A DNA stretch of 62,067 bases, filler included, from Hausera hauseri (taxonomy: Eukaryota), in assembly GCA_046269625.1 (NCBI GenBank). It is 9 parts of 9 records of this genome, joined end to end, with 100 filler letters (N's around TTAATTAATTAA, not from the genome) between each part and the next. Parts side by side here need not be neighbours in the genome. Positions count along the whole stretch, not along the records: positions 33,889 to 41,375 come from JBJURY010011900.1; positions 41,476 to 46,313 come from JBJURY010418144.1; positions 46,414 to 52,629 come from JBJURY010124873.1; 6 more parts are not named here. One strand, given 5' to 3'. Positions within the stretch are counted from its first letter, which is position 1; each line of letters opens with the position of its first letter. The notes under the pieces are model-generated. The model was not told the DNA's origin, searched no databases, and worked only from the letters and a program-made list of their open reading frames with translations. The translations under genes were made by a program, and so were the position numbers. Shown here piece by piece: positions 39,801-52,629 of the stretch.

Positions 39801-41180
39801 CCAAGGAGTTGTTTAAAGAATATAAGGAACAATTCAAGAAGCAATACGATAAGAAGGTAAAACCACACGATCTGCAACCCGGAAATTGGGTTTACGTACA
39901 CTACCAAGTGGCATAAAAAAGGCACATCTCTTAAACTCATCAGCAGGGCAGATGACTTTATGAAGTTACTAAGGTTACACCAACCACAGTTTGCATAAAT
40001 AAAAGTGGCAAGGAAGAGGTTATATCAATTCAAAGAGTAGTTAAGATAGAATTAACACCGAACAAACGATATAATTTGCGTTGAAGCCAAACAAGTAAAA
40101 AAAGAAGACGTCATCTATAGTAACGAGACCGGTATCATATGTACAAATAGTCCTGGCTTTATCGTTAATCGCTTCGTATGTACCGACAGTAAAGTCAATA
40201 ACTCAAACTGGAAAATTACAATATGCAGCAAGACGGAGAAATATCCATAACTTACAGTCACTTAAAGTGTACCATATGGATTGTAGAAAGCCATGTGCTT
40301 TGTTCGAAGCAAGTGAGATTAATCCGGACCATGTAAAATTTCAAATAATATTTTCTAGTGAAAATACGATGAGAACATGCGATCTTCCGTATGGAGAACG
40401 TAAAAAATGTTACGAACTAGATTTTGAACGAAATTATCGATACAACATTCAAATGTTTTACTATAATCTACCCGGAGCCCACACCTACATAGTTACTGAT
40501 TTTTTAATAAGGATGCCTAAACGAAATGACACTGAGATAATTCAGAATACTGACCCGTTCAAAAGTCTTTTGGATTATAATATTATTGCATTTTATAAAG
40601 ATTTTAAGAACCCATGCATTCGAATCGAAACCAAAATAGAACTACCGACAGGCAGACAGATTTCTGTCCGATTTATACCATTAAATACTTTGACTCCTGT
40701 TCCTGAGTATTGTTACCTAGTTCGAGGATGACCTACTGTGTTCTGTGAACTGCAACTAGGACAGAAGTATCAGTTACAACTCGATCTGTACAATATATAC
40801 CCTGGAGAGAAAAGCATCTATCTGAGAGGATATTGTCCAAAAATCGGAATATGGGAGCTTCCACCTCTAACCACTACGACGAAATCGTCTACTGTTTCGA
40901 GCACAACTTTCGCCACTACGATTGCTACCTTGGATCGACTGGCCGAAGAAAAACCAAGTAGTATACCAGTTAAGATTTTTGCAAAAAGTGACAAGATTCT
41001 ATTCTACGTTGAGGAAACGTTAATTTACGACGTTGAAATTGAATTTCGTACTCTGTATACCAATCAAATCGTAACCTTAAGGAAGAATAGTCCGGAAACA
41101 CAATGCCGATCATTACGACCGTAACATGACTATATAGTCAGAATCACTACACAATGCGTGTGAAGATATAATTGAGAACG
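33889..41180 (+). mobile_element. Gypsy copy 2 (same family as 6150-14883): G 34150-35910, PR ~36600-36950, RT ~37480-38070, RH 38285-38710, IN ~38930-40080
   Basis: Collinear protein homology to copy 1 along the whole contig, with independent disabling mutations. Confidence 0.95.
40125..41160 (+). pseudogene. Post-integrase signal peptide, FN3-like repeats and Thr/Ser-rich linker, copy 2
   Basis: VQIVLALSLIASYVPTVKS signal-like segment. Repeats end ELDFERNYRYNIQM, ELQLGQKYQLQL and SLRP*HDYIVRIT (FN3-like L.P...Y.V.I). TTTTKSSTVSSTT linker. All in one frame. Confidence 0.65.
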
Positions 41181-41475
41181 GAAGTTCTAAATTTAAATAA
41201 GAAACACTTAAATTTAAATTAAGATTTCAATTTGGAATTGACTAAAAAATTTAATTAAATTTATTTAATTAAAATTTTAATGTAATATTGAAAATCTAAT
41301 TTAAATTTGGAAAATTTGTTTCAAAATAAATAATTTGGATTATAATAAAAATTTCTACTGGTGTTTACTTTTCAANNNNNNNNNNNNNNNNNNNNNNNNN
41401 NNNNNNNNNNNNNNNNNNNTTAATTAATTAANNNNNNNNNNNNNNNNNNNNNNNNNNNNNNNNNNNNNNNNNNNN

Positions 41476-42540
41476 TTGTGTTTACTGGGTTTAGTAAACC
41501 TAATAATTTCTTGTTGAATTTCGAACCTTTTTTGTTCATTATCTTTTCTAAACGGGAATTCCATGGTTTGAGCAACTTGATTTTTGCGCTCTACCCATCT
41601 AATTTTTTCTTGTCTAGAGAGTCTCATTTGAATTATTTTATCTGTAGAAATATATTTCTACTATAGATTGATTCTTAAGTTGTAAACCTGTAATTTTTTG
41701 CTGCAGATCACTTATTACGCTTTGTACGTTTTGTCGTTCTAGAAAAGGTATTTTTCCTTTTTGTTTCAAATAATTTTCTAATTCTCCCCAAAGATTTTGC
41801 AATTGCTTAATATTTGCAATCTATTCTATATTTAAATTTTTAGCTTTGTCTAAAATTTGGCTTGTATTAAATTCAATTTCTGGGGAATATTTCGTAAACT
41901 CTATTGTATTAACTAGGTTCTTGTCAATCTGTCCTTCAGCTATATTTTTAGTTCTTTCTAGGATTTCATCAATAAAATTATCTATATTTATTTCTTTTTG
42001 TGCACTTGTTTTAATGCTGTTAATAAATATTTGAAGACTTCTGATTGCTTTAACACTTGGTTCATTTTGGCGTTTGGAGATTACAACTAATTGCATTTTG
42101 GGTAGATTCTTAGCGTAAGAAGGTATTTCTCCAGCTAGGATAATTTTAAAATCTTGTTTGATGTTTTGATTTATATTTTTCTTCTCTATCGGTTTCAGTA
42201 AGTGATGGTTGTTCAACTTTATTTATTTTCTTAGATTTCCTTCGGTGAACCATAGTTAGAAATTCTTCACTATCGGTTTTAGTTACTTCTTGGCGACTTA
42301 TTTTATTTACTATTATTGGTTTATTGGGATCAGTTATGTCAATTTTGTCCATTCGCATAAGTATAGTTTCTACTTTTTCCATTATCTGGATAGATTTGAT
42401 TGATCCTTCATCAATATGCAGTGATTTTTCATACTTTTCATCAGAGGATTTATCTAAATCTATAACCGCTATCTTTTCCGCATTATGTTCTCTTTTTGTT
42501 GACAATTTTCATCAAAATGTTATGGTGGATGTAGTGAATT
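41476..42540 (-). pseudogene. Decayed unknown ORF (K/E/I-rich, possibly retroelement-derived)
   Basis: Consecutive frameshifted ORFs 42146..42505, 41821..42216 and 41476..41627. No motif recognised. Confidence 0.3.
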
Positions 42541-42619
42541 AGTCATATTATTTTCGTATTTATTGGTTTCATTATGGTCAAAACTATCATATTTCGATTC
42601 CTCGCGACATCCAAAATAT

Positions 42620-43920
42620 TTTGGTCTCTCTTAAAGTCTTTTATAGTTAAAGAAGGATCAGAATCAGGCCAGCGGCTAAATTCATTTTATAACAACGGCA
42701 TTGCCAATCTTAGCGCAACAACCCACAAAAACGTCTGATATTACCGGACGACTCCCCTTATTGCTATCAATTTAAAGGGACATTCAGTTTCCAGACGAAT
42801 CAGTTTAATCACTAAGCTGCCAACTCCTTCTACGAACCTTTCAGATTTAACTGATATCTCCGGATAAACATTCGCCGTTTATATATCAGTGGCCAAGGAA
42901 ATCATCCAACTTAAAAGCAAAGCCAATTCAAATGGCTTTGTCGATATAATTAAAATTACTTCATTATCAATTATTCATTTGGAACCCAGATTATACGGAA
43001 ACGCCACTATTACTTTAAGAACCTATGACAGACCTTTCCCATCATTTATATTGAGGTGATGCGGAGAGAAGGTACACCTATCATTCGTTAGATCTTCAAT
43101 AATAACCAAATAAGACATACTAATAATGTCATTTTATTCTGCATATTTAATAACACCATTCAGAAGAAAGGAAATGGCGCTAGTGAATATCAACTTTATG
43201 GACTTAGATGAAGATGTCATCATAGATCAGATCTTCTTTTCCAGAGACAAGAGGGACAATTACAATTGCCATATAACTGGCTTAAACAAAACGGATTTAA
43301 TTGGATAGTTACCGAACCGAACCGTATATCCGGAAGAAATTAATAAAAAAGTAATCATCGGGATGAACGTCTATAATATGATCACAAATATTCTCATGTG
43401 TGATTACAAAAACTCATTGGGCATCCGAAATCTCCTCTACCATAAATTCATAAATCCCAAACACAAATACACTGCAAAGCAAGTCCTCAGCCGTTTTAAC
43501 AATAACGTGTACCGACTGAAATCCAGAGATAAGCCTGTAATCATATTGAAGATTTATAACTAAATACCCGAATATCAGAACGAAATTAAATACCTAAAAA
43601 CTTCAGTACCAATGGACACTGAAGAATCCTCAAACATGCTAGCACCGATCCAGAGGTCTAAGGTATCCGACAATCAAATCGTAAAAGATTGTTTCTTAAC
43701 TTTGGCACATATATCTCAGCCACCGATCAGCAGCTATAACGATTTCTTGCACTTAATCGTTTATCTGACCAAAAAGTCAAAAAATCAATTCCGCAAAACA
43801 AACTATCACCCATAAGAGGAAGATATGAAGAAAGGGATCAATGGTTGACGACTGATTCGATAAATTACAAACGACCAGACGGATTAATCAAAACAATCCC
43901 TCTGAAGCCGAGAAGGGAGG
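42620..43920 (+). pseudogene. Decayed long ORF preceding a PPT/LTR (3' ORF of an LTR element)
   Basis: Same-frame ORF pieces 43126, 43363 and 43612 separated by single stops, running into the PPT AGAAGGGAGG. Confidence 0.5.
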
Positions 43921-44797
43921 TGTTGAGTAAACTTCCCATGAGTTCACACAAGTCAATTCCCAAAAGTCATAAATTAAAAATTCGAGTGGCAACTGGAATT
44001 AAACATTTTAATCTAAGTACGACAATAGAAACTGAATGTGAGAGAATGACGAATGTCGTGAGAGAATGACAAATGTTATCAATAATTGTAAATAATTTTA
44101 CTGGTGTTAGAAAGCACACCGATTATAATTTTTAGAAATTATTGTACATATTGTACTATTTATCAAATCTAAAGGTAAACCCATAATTCCGAAAATTGAT
44201 TTTTATCTGAATTGGACAATGAATAAACATGTGGAATAGAATTAAATTACAAATGAATGTTTTGTCGAGATAAACTCAAGTATATAAACCGATGACAGAG
44301 AACGTAAAACTAGAACAATTTTGCGACTTAGAATCGCACAAGCTATCTTAACAGAAAACCGAAACTTGCAAATTAGAATCGCAGCATACAGAGTGAGCGT
44401 TGAAATCATAGTGATCAGTCAGATAACAGTTACCTAAAGCAAAGACATTACTTGTGATACTTTTGATTCTCAAATTTGTGACGGTGTCAAATAAAGGTTT
44501 AATTTTGTTTATCGTTATAAATTACTATAGTTTTCTCATCGGCTCTTAAAGCTGATTTGGACTACCCTAAGGTAAAATCTAACTTAAAGTTAAATAAGTA
44601 AGACGAGAAATTCTAATCTGAGACATCGCATTTTACGCACGCAGTACCTGCATTAAGTTACAAAGTATTCTAAAATTACTAAGGCACAAGCAGATTACTC
44701 GAGAACGAGTAATCCTAACCTGCTCAAGAAGCGATTTTTAAATTAGAAATAATATTGTTATAGTGGGGGACGAGTAAGGGCCACCCTAACCGTAACA
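43921..44797 (+). mobile_element. Putative 3' LTR (~877 bp)
   Basis: PPT 43911-43920 followed by TGTT...AACA termini, TATATAAA at 44281 and AATAAA near 44490. Confidence 0.6.
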
Positions 44798-44800
44798 GGT

Positions 44801-44940
44801 ATGTTCAATGGTTATTTTAATAGTAGTGAGTATATCGATTTATTATCTGGAAAGCTTCCGCAAACATTTTCCAAATGTCAGAAAATGGATCAAAATGTGA
44901 TATTTAAACAATATCATACATCGGTTAACAAATACGAAAT
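44801..44940 (+). mobile_element. Tc1-like transposase relic
   Basis: NGYFNSSEYIDLL..L..NVIFKQ resembles G.MNS..YI.IL...IFQQD. Confidence 0.45.
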
Positions 44941-45039
44941 TTGTCTAATCCTGAGTTATATTTTTGGTTCCTTGAAACCCGGATTATTCAATTTTGACTA
45001 TAATAAATTATTATATAAAAATCTTGAACTCGGTTCAGA

Positions 45040-45470
45040 ATGTTTAACTTTTGTATGACATATTTCGACTTCAAGAGCCGTCATCAGATAATGTACTGAA
45101 AGTGAAATGAAATTGCAGCTTTAAATATGCGAAGAGGATATTGCGTAATATGCACACAAATGCTAAAGTGGCAATTAAGATCTAAAAATTTGAAGCCAAT
45201 CTTCCGCTTGGACATTCAAACTCGGCTTCAAATCTTGTATCCCCAACGCTTCACATGTCACTCTTTCAAAATAATTATTGAATTTAGAATTTAAAATTTT
45301 GAGTTTACTTGTGTCCCATTTTTATTTCGGTGATGTGCTGTATACCGAGGTGGTTATTAATTTTCAATTATTTACTAATGTTTATTATCTTATCGAGTTA
45401 CTTGTTATTACTTGGGCGGTCGTCAGGTAGTTTTGACTTGGTCGACCAATGATCCGAATTAGCATACGCT
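45040..45470 (-). mobile_element. Penelope-like element 3' fragment
   Basis: KILNSKFNNYFERVTCEALGIQDLKPSLNVQ..LQIF* matches the Penelope GIY-YIG C-terminal EAL.I...P.LN.Q motif. A hammerhead motif follows. Confidence 0.75.
45054..45090 (-). ncRNA. Minimal type I hammerhead ribozyme
   Basis: Minus strand: tat CTGATGA c ggct cttga agtc GAAA tatg TC ata. Core, stem II, minimal stem III and a short stem I are present. Confidence 0.7.
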
Positions 45471-45999
45471 TATTTATTTATTTATTTTACTTGTCCAAAA
45501 AGATACCGAATTCGAAAATAAAGATATAATCTGTGAAATATAAAGAAACAAAGCTTATCATACAATCCAAAATTACAATGACGTATACTTACGTGAAGTC
45601 ATGCTAGACAGGTAATTAACATAAAGATCAATTAACGTAAAGATCACTGTTCAAAACAAAAACTGTGTCACTACTCGGTATGATATCATTATAGTCTTTT
45701 TATCATACGCAGTATACATATAACAATGAAGCGGACGGTAAAAATAATTACAGTACATCGTAATCAAATGTAAATGTCACATAAATAATGGATTTCAATA
45801 TACAAGGAGCCTAAATAAAATGATTGTTGTCACATAAATAATTCATCATTTGATTGTTGTCACATAATCATTTGATTGTTGTCACATAAATAATTCATCA
45901 TTGTTCACATTTATAGCAATCTACGGACCGCCGCCTCCACCAGTGCACCAACGAAACTGCTAACATCCAATTATATTTAAAAACAAGGATATTCAATTT

Positions 46000-46313
46000 A
46001 AAGGAAGACAAATTCATATTTCACCATGGTGCATATCCAGCACACTGTCGAATAAGTGTAAAAGAGTGGCTAGATCAAAATTATCCAAACCGATAGATAG
46101 GAAGAGATGGCCCAATTTTATGGCCTTCGCGAAGTCCCGACTTGACGCCGTTAGATTTTTACTTCTGGAGCAGCATGAAAAATTTGGCATATCAAGACTC
46201 AATTAGTTCAGTAGAACTCTTTAAGGAAAAAATTCTAAGTGCGGCCGAAACTGTGAGAGCAGAATTCAGCTCAAGGGTCACCAAGATAGATGTGAGAAAA
46301 CGGATTCGGCTTT
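46000..46313 (+). mobile_element. Tc1/mariner-superfamily transposase C-terminal fragment
   Basis: FIFHHGAYPAH..VKEWLDQNYPNR*IGRDGPILWPSRSPDLTPLDFYFWS. Confidence 0.9.
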
Positions 46314-46413
46314 NNNNNNNNNNNNNNNNNNNNNNNNNNNNNNNNNNNNNNNNNNNNTTAATTAATTAANNNNNNNNNNNNNNNNNNNNNNNNNNNNNNN
46401 NNNNNNNNNNNNN

Positions 46414-47080
46414 GATTGGTTTTTAACGCATCAATATCCGATTTGTCAATTTGGGCCCAACCTGTGTCGTTTGATATGAAAATGGTAATTGGATTTGAGT
46501 ATGAAGAATAAATCTGTCCAGTTCGAAAATATTGCTGATCGATCTGATTAGTTTTCGTCATCGTTTCAAAAGTTTGCCACATGGTATTTGCCGTGGAATA
46601 TAACGGATTATTTGACAAATATTTTAAAAAGTCGACGGATTGACCGAAAAGAAAAACGTGGTCAACAACATGATAAACCTGATTTGCGACGACTACCGTA
46701 TATAAAACTTGTCCTTGGTTGCAAAAACTCTGAAAGACATGTATCTCAGACAAGAGGAAATTTAACTCACTGGAGTACCCGTCGTCAAAATCATATTTGA
46801 TTTAGCTTGATTCTGCACATAAAACATATTTGAGGGCGTCACAATTGGACTGAAGTTTGTCCAACTATTAACAGTACCAACGTAATTCATCTTCGGTGTC
46901 TTTCCGATAAACATGTGCCGTCTTAACAAATCCTTGATATCCACTGTACCAATTTGACTTATTCCATAGGCATTGTTAAAAAATGTGCATATTGTCAAAT
47001 AAGTATCACTTCCTAGTGCTAGAATTTCAGAAATACTGCTCAAATCCATAGATTGCTGATACATTTCCATCACTTTTCAT
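46414..47080 (-). pseudogene. Fasciclin (FAS1) domain gene fragment, frameshifted
   Basis: LTICTFFNNAY..IKDLLRRHMFIG, VYHVVDHVFL (H2-like) and PITIFISNDTGWAQI (H1-like) suggest two FAS1 repeats. Confidence 0.55.
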
Positions 47081-47351
47081 TGGATCCCATTTTTGACGCC
47101 ATTGTGGGTTTTGGGTTGTATCGAAGAATTCACATAATTCCAACATTAAATGATAACAGTGAAGAAATATAAGGCTAAAGTTTTATTTTATTTTTTTTAA
47201 TCAATCTTCAAATCAATTTCATAACCTATCAACACATCTATTATATAATATATATAATGACATATATACATATCTATATACAGTTCATGTGAGCTTTGAT
47301 GCGCTTTGAATATTCGATGAATATTTTTGTTTGTTGGAAGAACAACAATAT

Positions 47352-48062
47352 TTAATCCATAAATTCGAATCGTCGTAATCTTGATGAGAACAACGGTACG
47401 ACGAGGCAAAACGACAAAGGTGCACCAATTCGTCGGCAAAACAAATAACAATAAATAAAAAAATATTTAAAAGTCCTTGTTGGACACAACACCTTGGTGT
47501 GACACGAAATAGTTTTAGACGTTTTCTGACACCAATTATTAAAGTCAGGAATGGTATCCTGGAAATTATCCATTAATTCCAGATCTGCAAAATCCCCTAT
47601 GTAAAATGCGGCGATTTTCTCACTAGAATAAATGTTGGGACGCATATTCCGCATTGCTATCAGTAATGGAGGCTTGAAATCAGGATTCAGACTATAGGTT
47701 TTCCAAATAAAACACAGAAATAAACTTCGTTTAGAAAAATCTGTTCTTTTCGAAATTTTAATTAAAGCTTCGGAAACCTTCTGTGTTAAAATTGTATTCA
47801 ATGAAAAAAATAACAATAGTTCGGAACTTCGATCAAACAGCTCATCAAATAAATTGATACCAATGTAATCAGAAAAACGGCAATCTACATCTTGGAATCT
47901 CAATGTTAAAAATTGAAAACTTGCGCCGATTTTTAAAACTCCGATATTAGTTAAGCACTGNNNNNNNNNNACTGCACAATATCCATCGATCGAGAGTAAA
48001 AAAAAATATCGCCAAAAAGAATTATAAAATAACACAAGATCAAAATAGGGCGCAGCAGTCAC
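47352..48062 (-). CDS. Unknown ORF containing a 10-N gap
   Basis: 236 codons open in AT-rich DNA. No motif recognised. Confidence 0.3.
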   Translation of the reverse strand: MTAAPYFDLVLFYNSFWRYFFLLSIDGYCAXXXXQCLTNIGVLKIGASFQFLTLRFQDVDCRFSDYIGINLFDELFDRSSELLLFFSLNTILTQKVSEALIKISKRTDFSKRSLFLCFIWKTYSLNPDFKPPLLIAMRNMRPNIYSSEKIAAFYIGDFADLELMDNFQDTIPDFNNWCQKTSKTISCHTKVLCPTRTFKYFFIYCYLFCRRIGAPLSFCLVVPLFSSRLRRFEFMD

Positions 48063-48124
48063 TTAAATTCAAAATTCAATTCATAAGCTAAAGATTTATT
48101 TACATTATTAAAACAAATTGTTTT

Positions 48125-48760
48125 TTAAGAATAAAGCCAATTGAGAACAACCGTCATGAAAAGACAACTCGTAACAAATACATGGGATAAAGAGTTTTGA
48201 CGAACAATTTTCGAAAACAGAATACAAACACAAAAAACAAATAAACAATTTCCGAACAACGCAACCACGGTTTGAACTGCTATATAGATTGGAAAATTGC
48301 TCTTCGTAATTATATCTTGTGTCTTATATTTGTGTTCCGGTGAATTGGACCGAGTAAGCACTGAACAAATATACGTTCCTGCGTGAGACTATTGAATGTT
48401 ACTGAGTTTCGAATTATTAACGTAAGAATTTGAGCTCTTCATTGTCCCTCCATTAGTATCCAAATCCAATGACCCTTGAAGTATTTGGTACCTGTTACCA
48501 GCCAAACTGATTACTTCTTGTGACTCCAACGTGTCATCTGATTCATCCAATTGATGTTTGAGTTCATTCTATTGGCGTAACAGTTCAGATTTTCTTCTCT
48601 TCCAGCTTTTTCATTTTATCAGTAAGCTGATTCATTTCGGTGCATTGAAATTCGGAAAACATTAACAGGATCGTTACTTTTGATGAGGCCATTTGGACCG
48701 GAAAGGTCAAGGTCAGATTGGTCTAAGCCATTATTAACAGTTATGTTTGCTGGTAATTGG
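48125..48760 (-). pseudogene. Ig domain plus TM fragment, FGFRL1/nou-darake-like
   Basis: PANITV..G, ISLAGNRYQIL..SYVNNSKLSNIQ*SHAGTYICSV (Ig D.G.Y.C), then TM IYIAVQTVVALFGNCLFVFCVC. Confidence 0.55.
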
Positions 48761-48812
48761 TCTTTTTGTTGACTTTTTGACAGGCTAGAAGCCGCAGCTA
48801 TTCGTAGATCAT

Positions 48813-51800
48813 TGTGAATATTCGTAAGCTAATGATACGATTCTCAAAGCGGGAGATCGGGACCCGCCTATGGATCGGACGCTACGGCAACGGACACCGG
48901 GCCGTGCCAAAACAAATAGGCCAAAGGGCACCGGCTGCCATGAGCACCACATCACCCCCTACCGTGGCAAAGTGAAAACTATAAAGATTAAAACAGGCGG
49001 AAAAAAGCGCTAAACGAGAAAGTGTATATGTCAGGTGGTCATAGTGTGGACAAGACGTTGGGTACATTCTATTGATTTTTCCCTGCTATATTTGCTGAAT
49101 GTGACTGCGTGTTTTGTTTTTATCCTGTGTTTGCTTGCAGAGTTTGAAGTTGGAGAAAAAAATATCGGCTTTTGTTGTGAGTGTTGTGTCGTGCGAAGAC
49201 GAGTCAAAAAGAAGAGAGGAAGAAGAAAGCGCAGTACGAAGAGAAATTGTGGGAGATTGGTGCTTGAAGGTGTTTAGGAAAGTGTTTGAAGACGAAGGAA
49301 TGATAAAAGGTGTAGTGGAAGATAAAGGAAAAGAGACAGAAGTTGGAATTGAATTGGGTGAAAGAGTGGAAGTGGAAGAAGAAATAGAAGTAGTTGTAGA
49401 GGCAGGAAGAGAGACAGGGATAGAAGCATATGAGGAGGAAGTTGCGGAGCGGAAATGAGAGGGGTAGAAGGCGATGTGTGAGGAGAAAGGGAGAAAGAAA
49501 GCGCCGAAGATGAGGAAGGTGTGGTAGGAGAAGGAGAAAAACAAAGAGAAGATGGCAAAGAGGTAAAAAACGGAAGAAAGCAAGAAGATGGAGAAGGCGA
49601 AAGAAAGTAGTTGGAAGGTGGTGTGCAAGAGGTTGGAATAATGAAAGGGGTGGATGGAGAGATTGGTGAAGTAGAAGTGGTGTTTGATGGAGGAAGTACT
49701 GTAAAAGGAGAAAGCAAGTTCTTATGAGGGGATGAAAGAGGTGTGAAAAGGCTTGACGGTGCAAAATCGGATGGGGAAAAATAGGCTAAATTGTGAGAAA
49801 TTAAAGTAGAAGTTTTTGGAAAGTGGATTAAGAAATTGAGCAGAGATGGAAGGTAAATTATTGGATTGCTGCGCATCGTGTAACAATGTTGGTGGAGAAG
49901 TGGTTTCGATGGGAAACGTGTCGTCAATGAAGAAACCGGTTTAGCGTTGTTCATGTGGACTGTTACTTCTTTGTCGTCTTTGAGTATGATGATGTTGTGG
50001 GAGTGTAAAAGAATTACTTTGTAAGGGCCGACATATTGAGATTGAAATCCACACGGCGTCTGATTCTTTAGCCAAACGAACTTGGCAGTATGTAAATCGT
50101 CGGGTATGCAAGGTTTATTTCCGTGTAATAGTCTACAAAATGAGTCTTTGCTGATCTCAACGAAGTGTTTCTGGGCCGCTTGTATGCTCTCGTCTGTAGA
50201 AGTATTGTCCAGCTCAGCCAGCTCGAATAATGGTCTGATTTAAGTACCAAATAATGCTTATGAAGGTGAACAGCCTGTAGAAGTGGATGGTGTGTTCCGT
50301 CAGCCAAGCAGAACGTACGGAAGGAGTGTAGTCCAACTGTAATTTGACTCAGCAAGGATTTTGAGAGACGTTTTTATAGTCTGGTGAAAGCGTTTGAGAA
50401 GGCCATTCGATTGAGGATGATATGGTACGTGTGAATGTGGTTAATTCCCAATCGATTGACACAAGCTTTAAACAGGTTGAATTTGAACTGTGGGCCTTGG
50501 TCCGAAATGATGTAGCGAGGTGATCCAAACCTGCTGATCCAAGTGCTGATGAAAACGTCTACGATTGTTTCTGTGTTGGTGCTCCAAAGCGAAACAGCCT
50601 CTGGCCATCGCGAGGAACGGTCCATCATTGTGAAGATGAACTGATTTCCATTGTCTAATGATAGTGGGCCTACAAGGTCAATGCGAACAGATTCAAAACG
50701 AGACGTGCAGGAAAAATGATACAGTGGTGGCTTTAAGTGCTTAGTAACTTTGTATTTTTGGCATGCCACATACTGCCTAACCCATGCCTGCACGTCATAG
50801 CGCATCGACGGCCATACTACTTGGCGTTGTAAGAGTCGAAAAGTAGCCTTGGCACCAGGATGGTGCAACGAATGGATGTTGTGGAATGCTTCATTTTGAA
50901 CCGATTCAGAAAGGATGACTTTAGGATTATTAGGTTTGGAAGTGTCAGAGGCCACACCGTCGATGGTTTTGCACGATTTAAAAGATTTAAGAATGTCAGG
51001 AGGTGGCTGGTTTTGCTGAAATTTGAACTGAGGAAAAAATGGTGTAAAATCAGTCGAGCTGACCGATCGGGACAATAAATCAGCTACTAAATTGTCGACT
51101 CCGTTTAGTTGTTTAATTACAAAATTAAATGTTGACAAATACGATATTTGCCTCTCCTGACATGGAGAAGGCGATTTCATGGTGAGAACTTGAAGAAAGA
51201 GCTTGTGGTCCGTTTGTATTGTAAAAGTTCGTGCAGTTAGCAGATGTTTAAAGTGTTTTACGACAAGGACCATTGCAAGCAATTCTCGGTCAAAGGTGGA
51301 AAATCTTTGCTCTTGTGCAGTGAATTTTCGAGAAAAGAATTCTAATGGTTCACGAGATCCATTTTTGGCTTGATGGAGGACAGCACCTGCAGCTGCTGTG
51401 GATGCATCCGTGGTTAAGAAAAGTTCTGCATGGGAGTCGGGATAGGCTAGGATTTGCACGGTTTTGAATTATCTTTGAGGTGATCGAAAGCGTTGACTAG
51501 CTTGGCGGTCCATTGAATAGGCTATTTTTTCTTGCCAGAGCTTAGTGATGCTAATGAAGCGGTTAGAGTGGAGCAGTGTGGAATATACTTATGAATAAAG
51601 TGCAAGATTCCGAGTAAAGAACGTATCTCTGTTGATATACGTGGTAGCTGTATGTTTTTGAGCTGTGTCATGCGCTCTGGATGAGGAAAATATCCGGAGG
51701 AGCTAATGACATATCTTAGGAAGTTGACCTTATGTCGAAAAAAAGAGCATTTGCAGAAATTAATTTGAAAGTTGTTTTGGTGCAAGCGCTGGTAGATTAA

Positions 51801-52629
51801 ACGTAAGTGCTCAGAATGTTGTTTCGAGGAAGATGATGCAATTAGGATATCATCGATATAGGGATAAACAAAGTCTAAATTTGAGAGAACTGTATTAATA
51901 TGCCTTTGGAAAGTCTGTGAAGCGCTACGGAGTCCAAAAAGCATGAAGAGGTATTCGAAAAGGCCGAAAGGTGTAATGACAGACGTTTTCGGAATGTCTG
52001 CTGGGGCCACCGGAATTTGGTGGTATGCTTTGTGAAGATCAATGCAGGAAAAACGTTCGAACCATGGAGCCTGTGAAGGATATCGTTGATTAATGGCAGA
52101 GGGTAGGCATCCATGGTTATTACGATGTTGAGTTTGCGGTACTCACCGCATGGGCGAAAGGTACCATCTTTTTTTGGAAACACATGCAGTAATGAAGACC
52201 ATGGGGATTTGGATCATCTGATGATTCCTGATTTTTCCTGTTTGAGAAAGTCAGCCTCCACTGCCTGTCTGCGGCGAGGCGATAGCGAGGGGACCTTTTG
52301 ACGTATTGGTCTTTGATGTGCTGTTACTTTGTGATGGAAGGTAGATTGAGGTGGTACGAATGATTTGTCTTTTTGCAACAGACATGTTCAGGAAAACGAA
52401 ATATATTTCTGTAAGTCAGAGGGCAACGATGAAAAGTTTTCAGATGGTGTCGATGCATCGTGACTGGATGCAGTTGAAATATGAGTTGTAGATAAGGTGT
52501 TGCGACAAGGTGGTATTAGGTGCAGGATGTTCGTGTTGAAGATGGTGTTGGTAGCTGTACTATCAGTAATAGGTGCCACGCAGTTGGCAATATCGTATTT
52601 GTTGCCGTAATAAAAATTTCTATATAATG
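48813..52629 (-). mobile_element. CsRN1-like gypsy pol (RT 51520-52330, RH-IN 50000-51459), S/P/T tail, PPT 48952-48963, LTR starting 48951
   Basis: RPCGEYR, YIDD, TDAS, FSTFDREL, IDLVGPL, SDQGPQF. PPT followed by TGTGGTGC. Related to the contig D elements; distal LTR end uncertain. Confidence 0.9.

Noticed and set aside
49114-49458. Glu/Val-rich plus-strand ORF
   Set aside because: Antisense shadow of the Ser/Thr/Phe-rich integrase tail.
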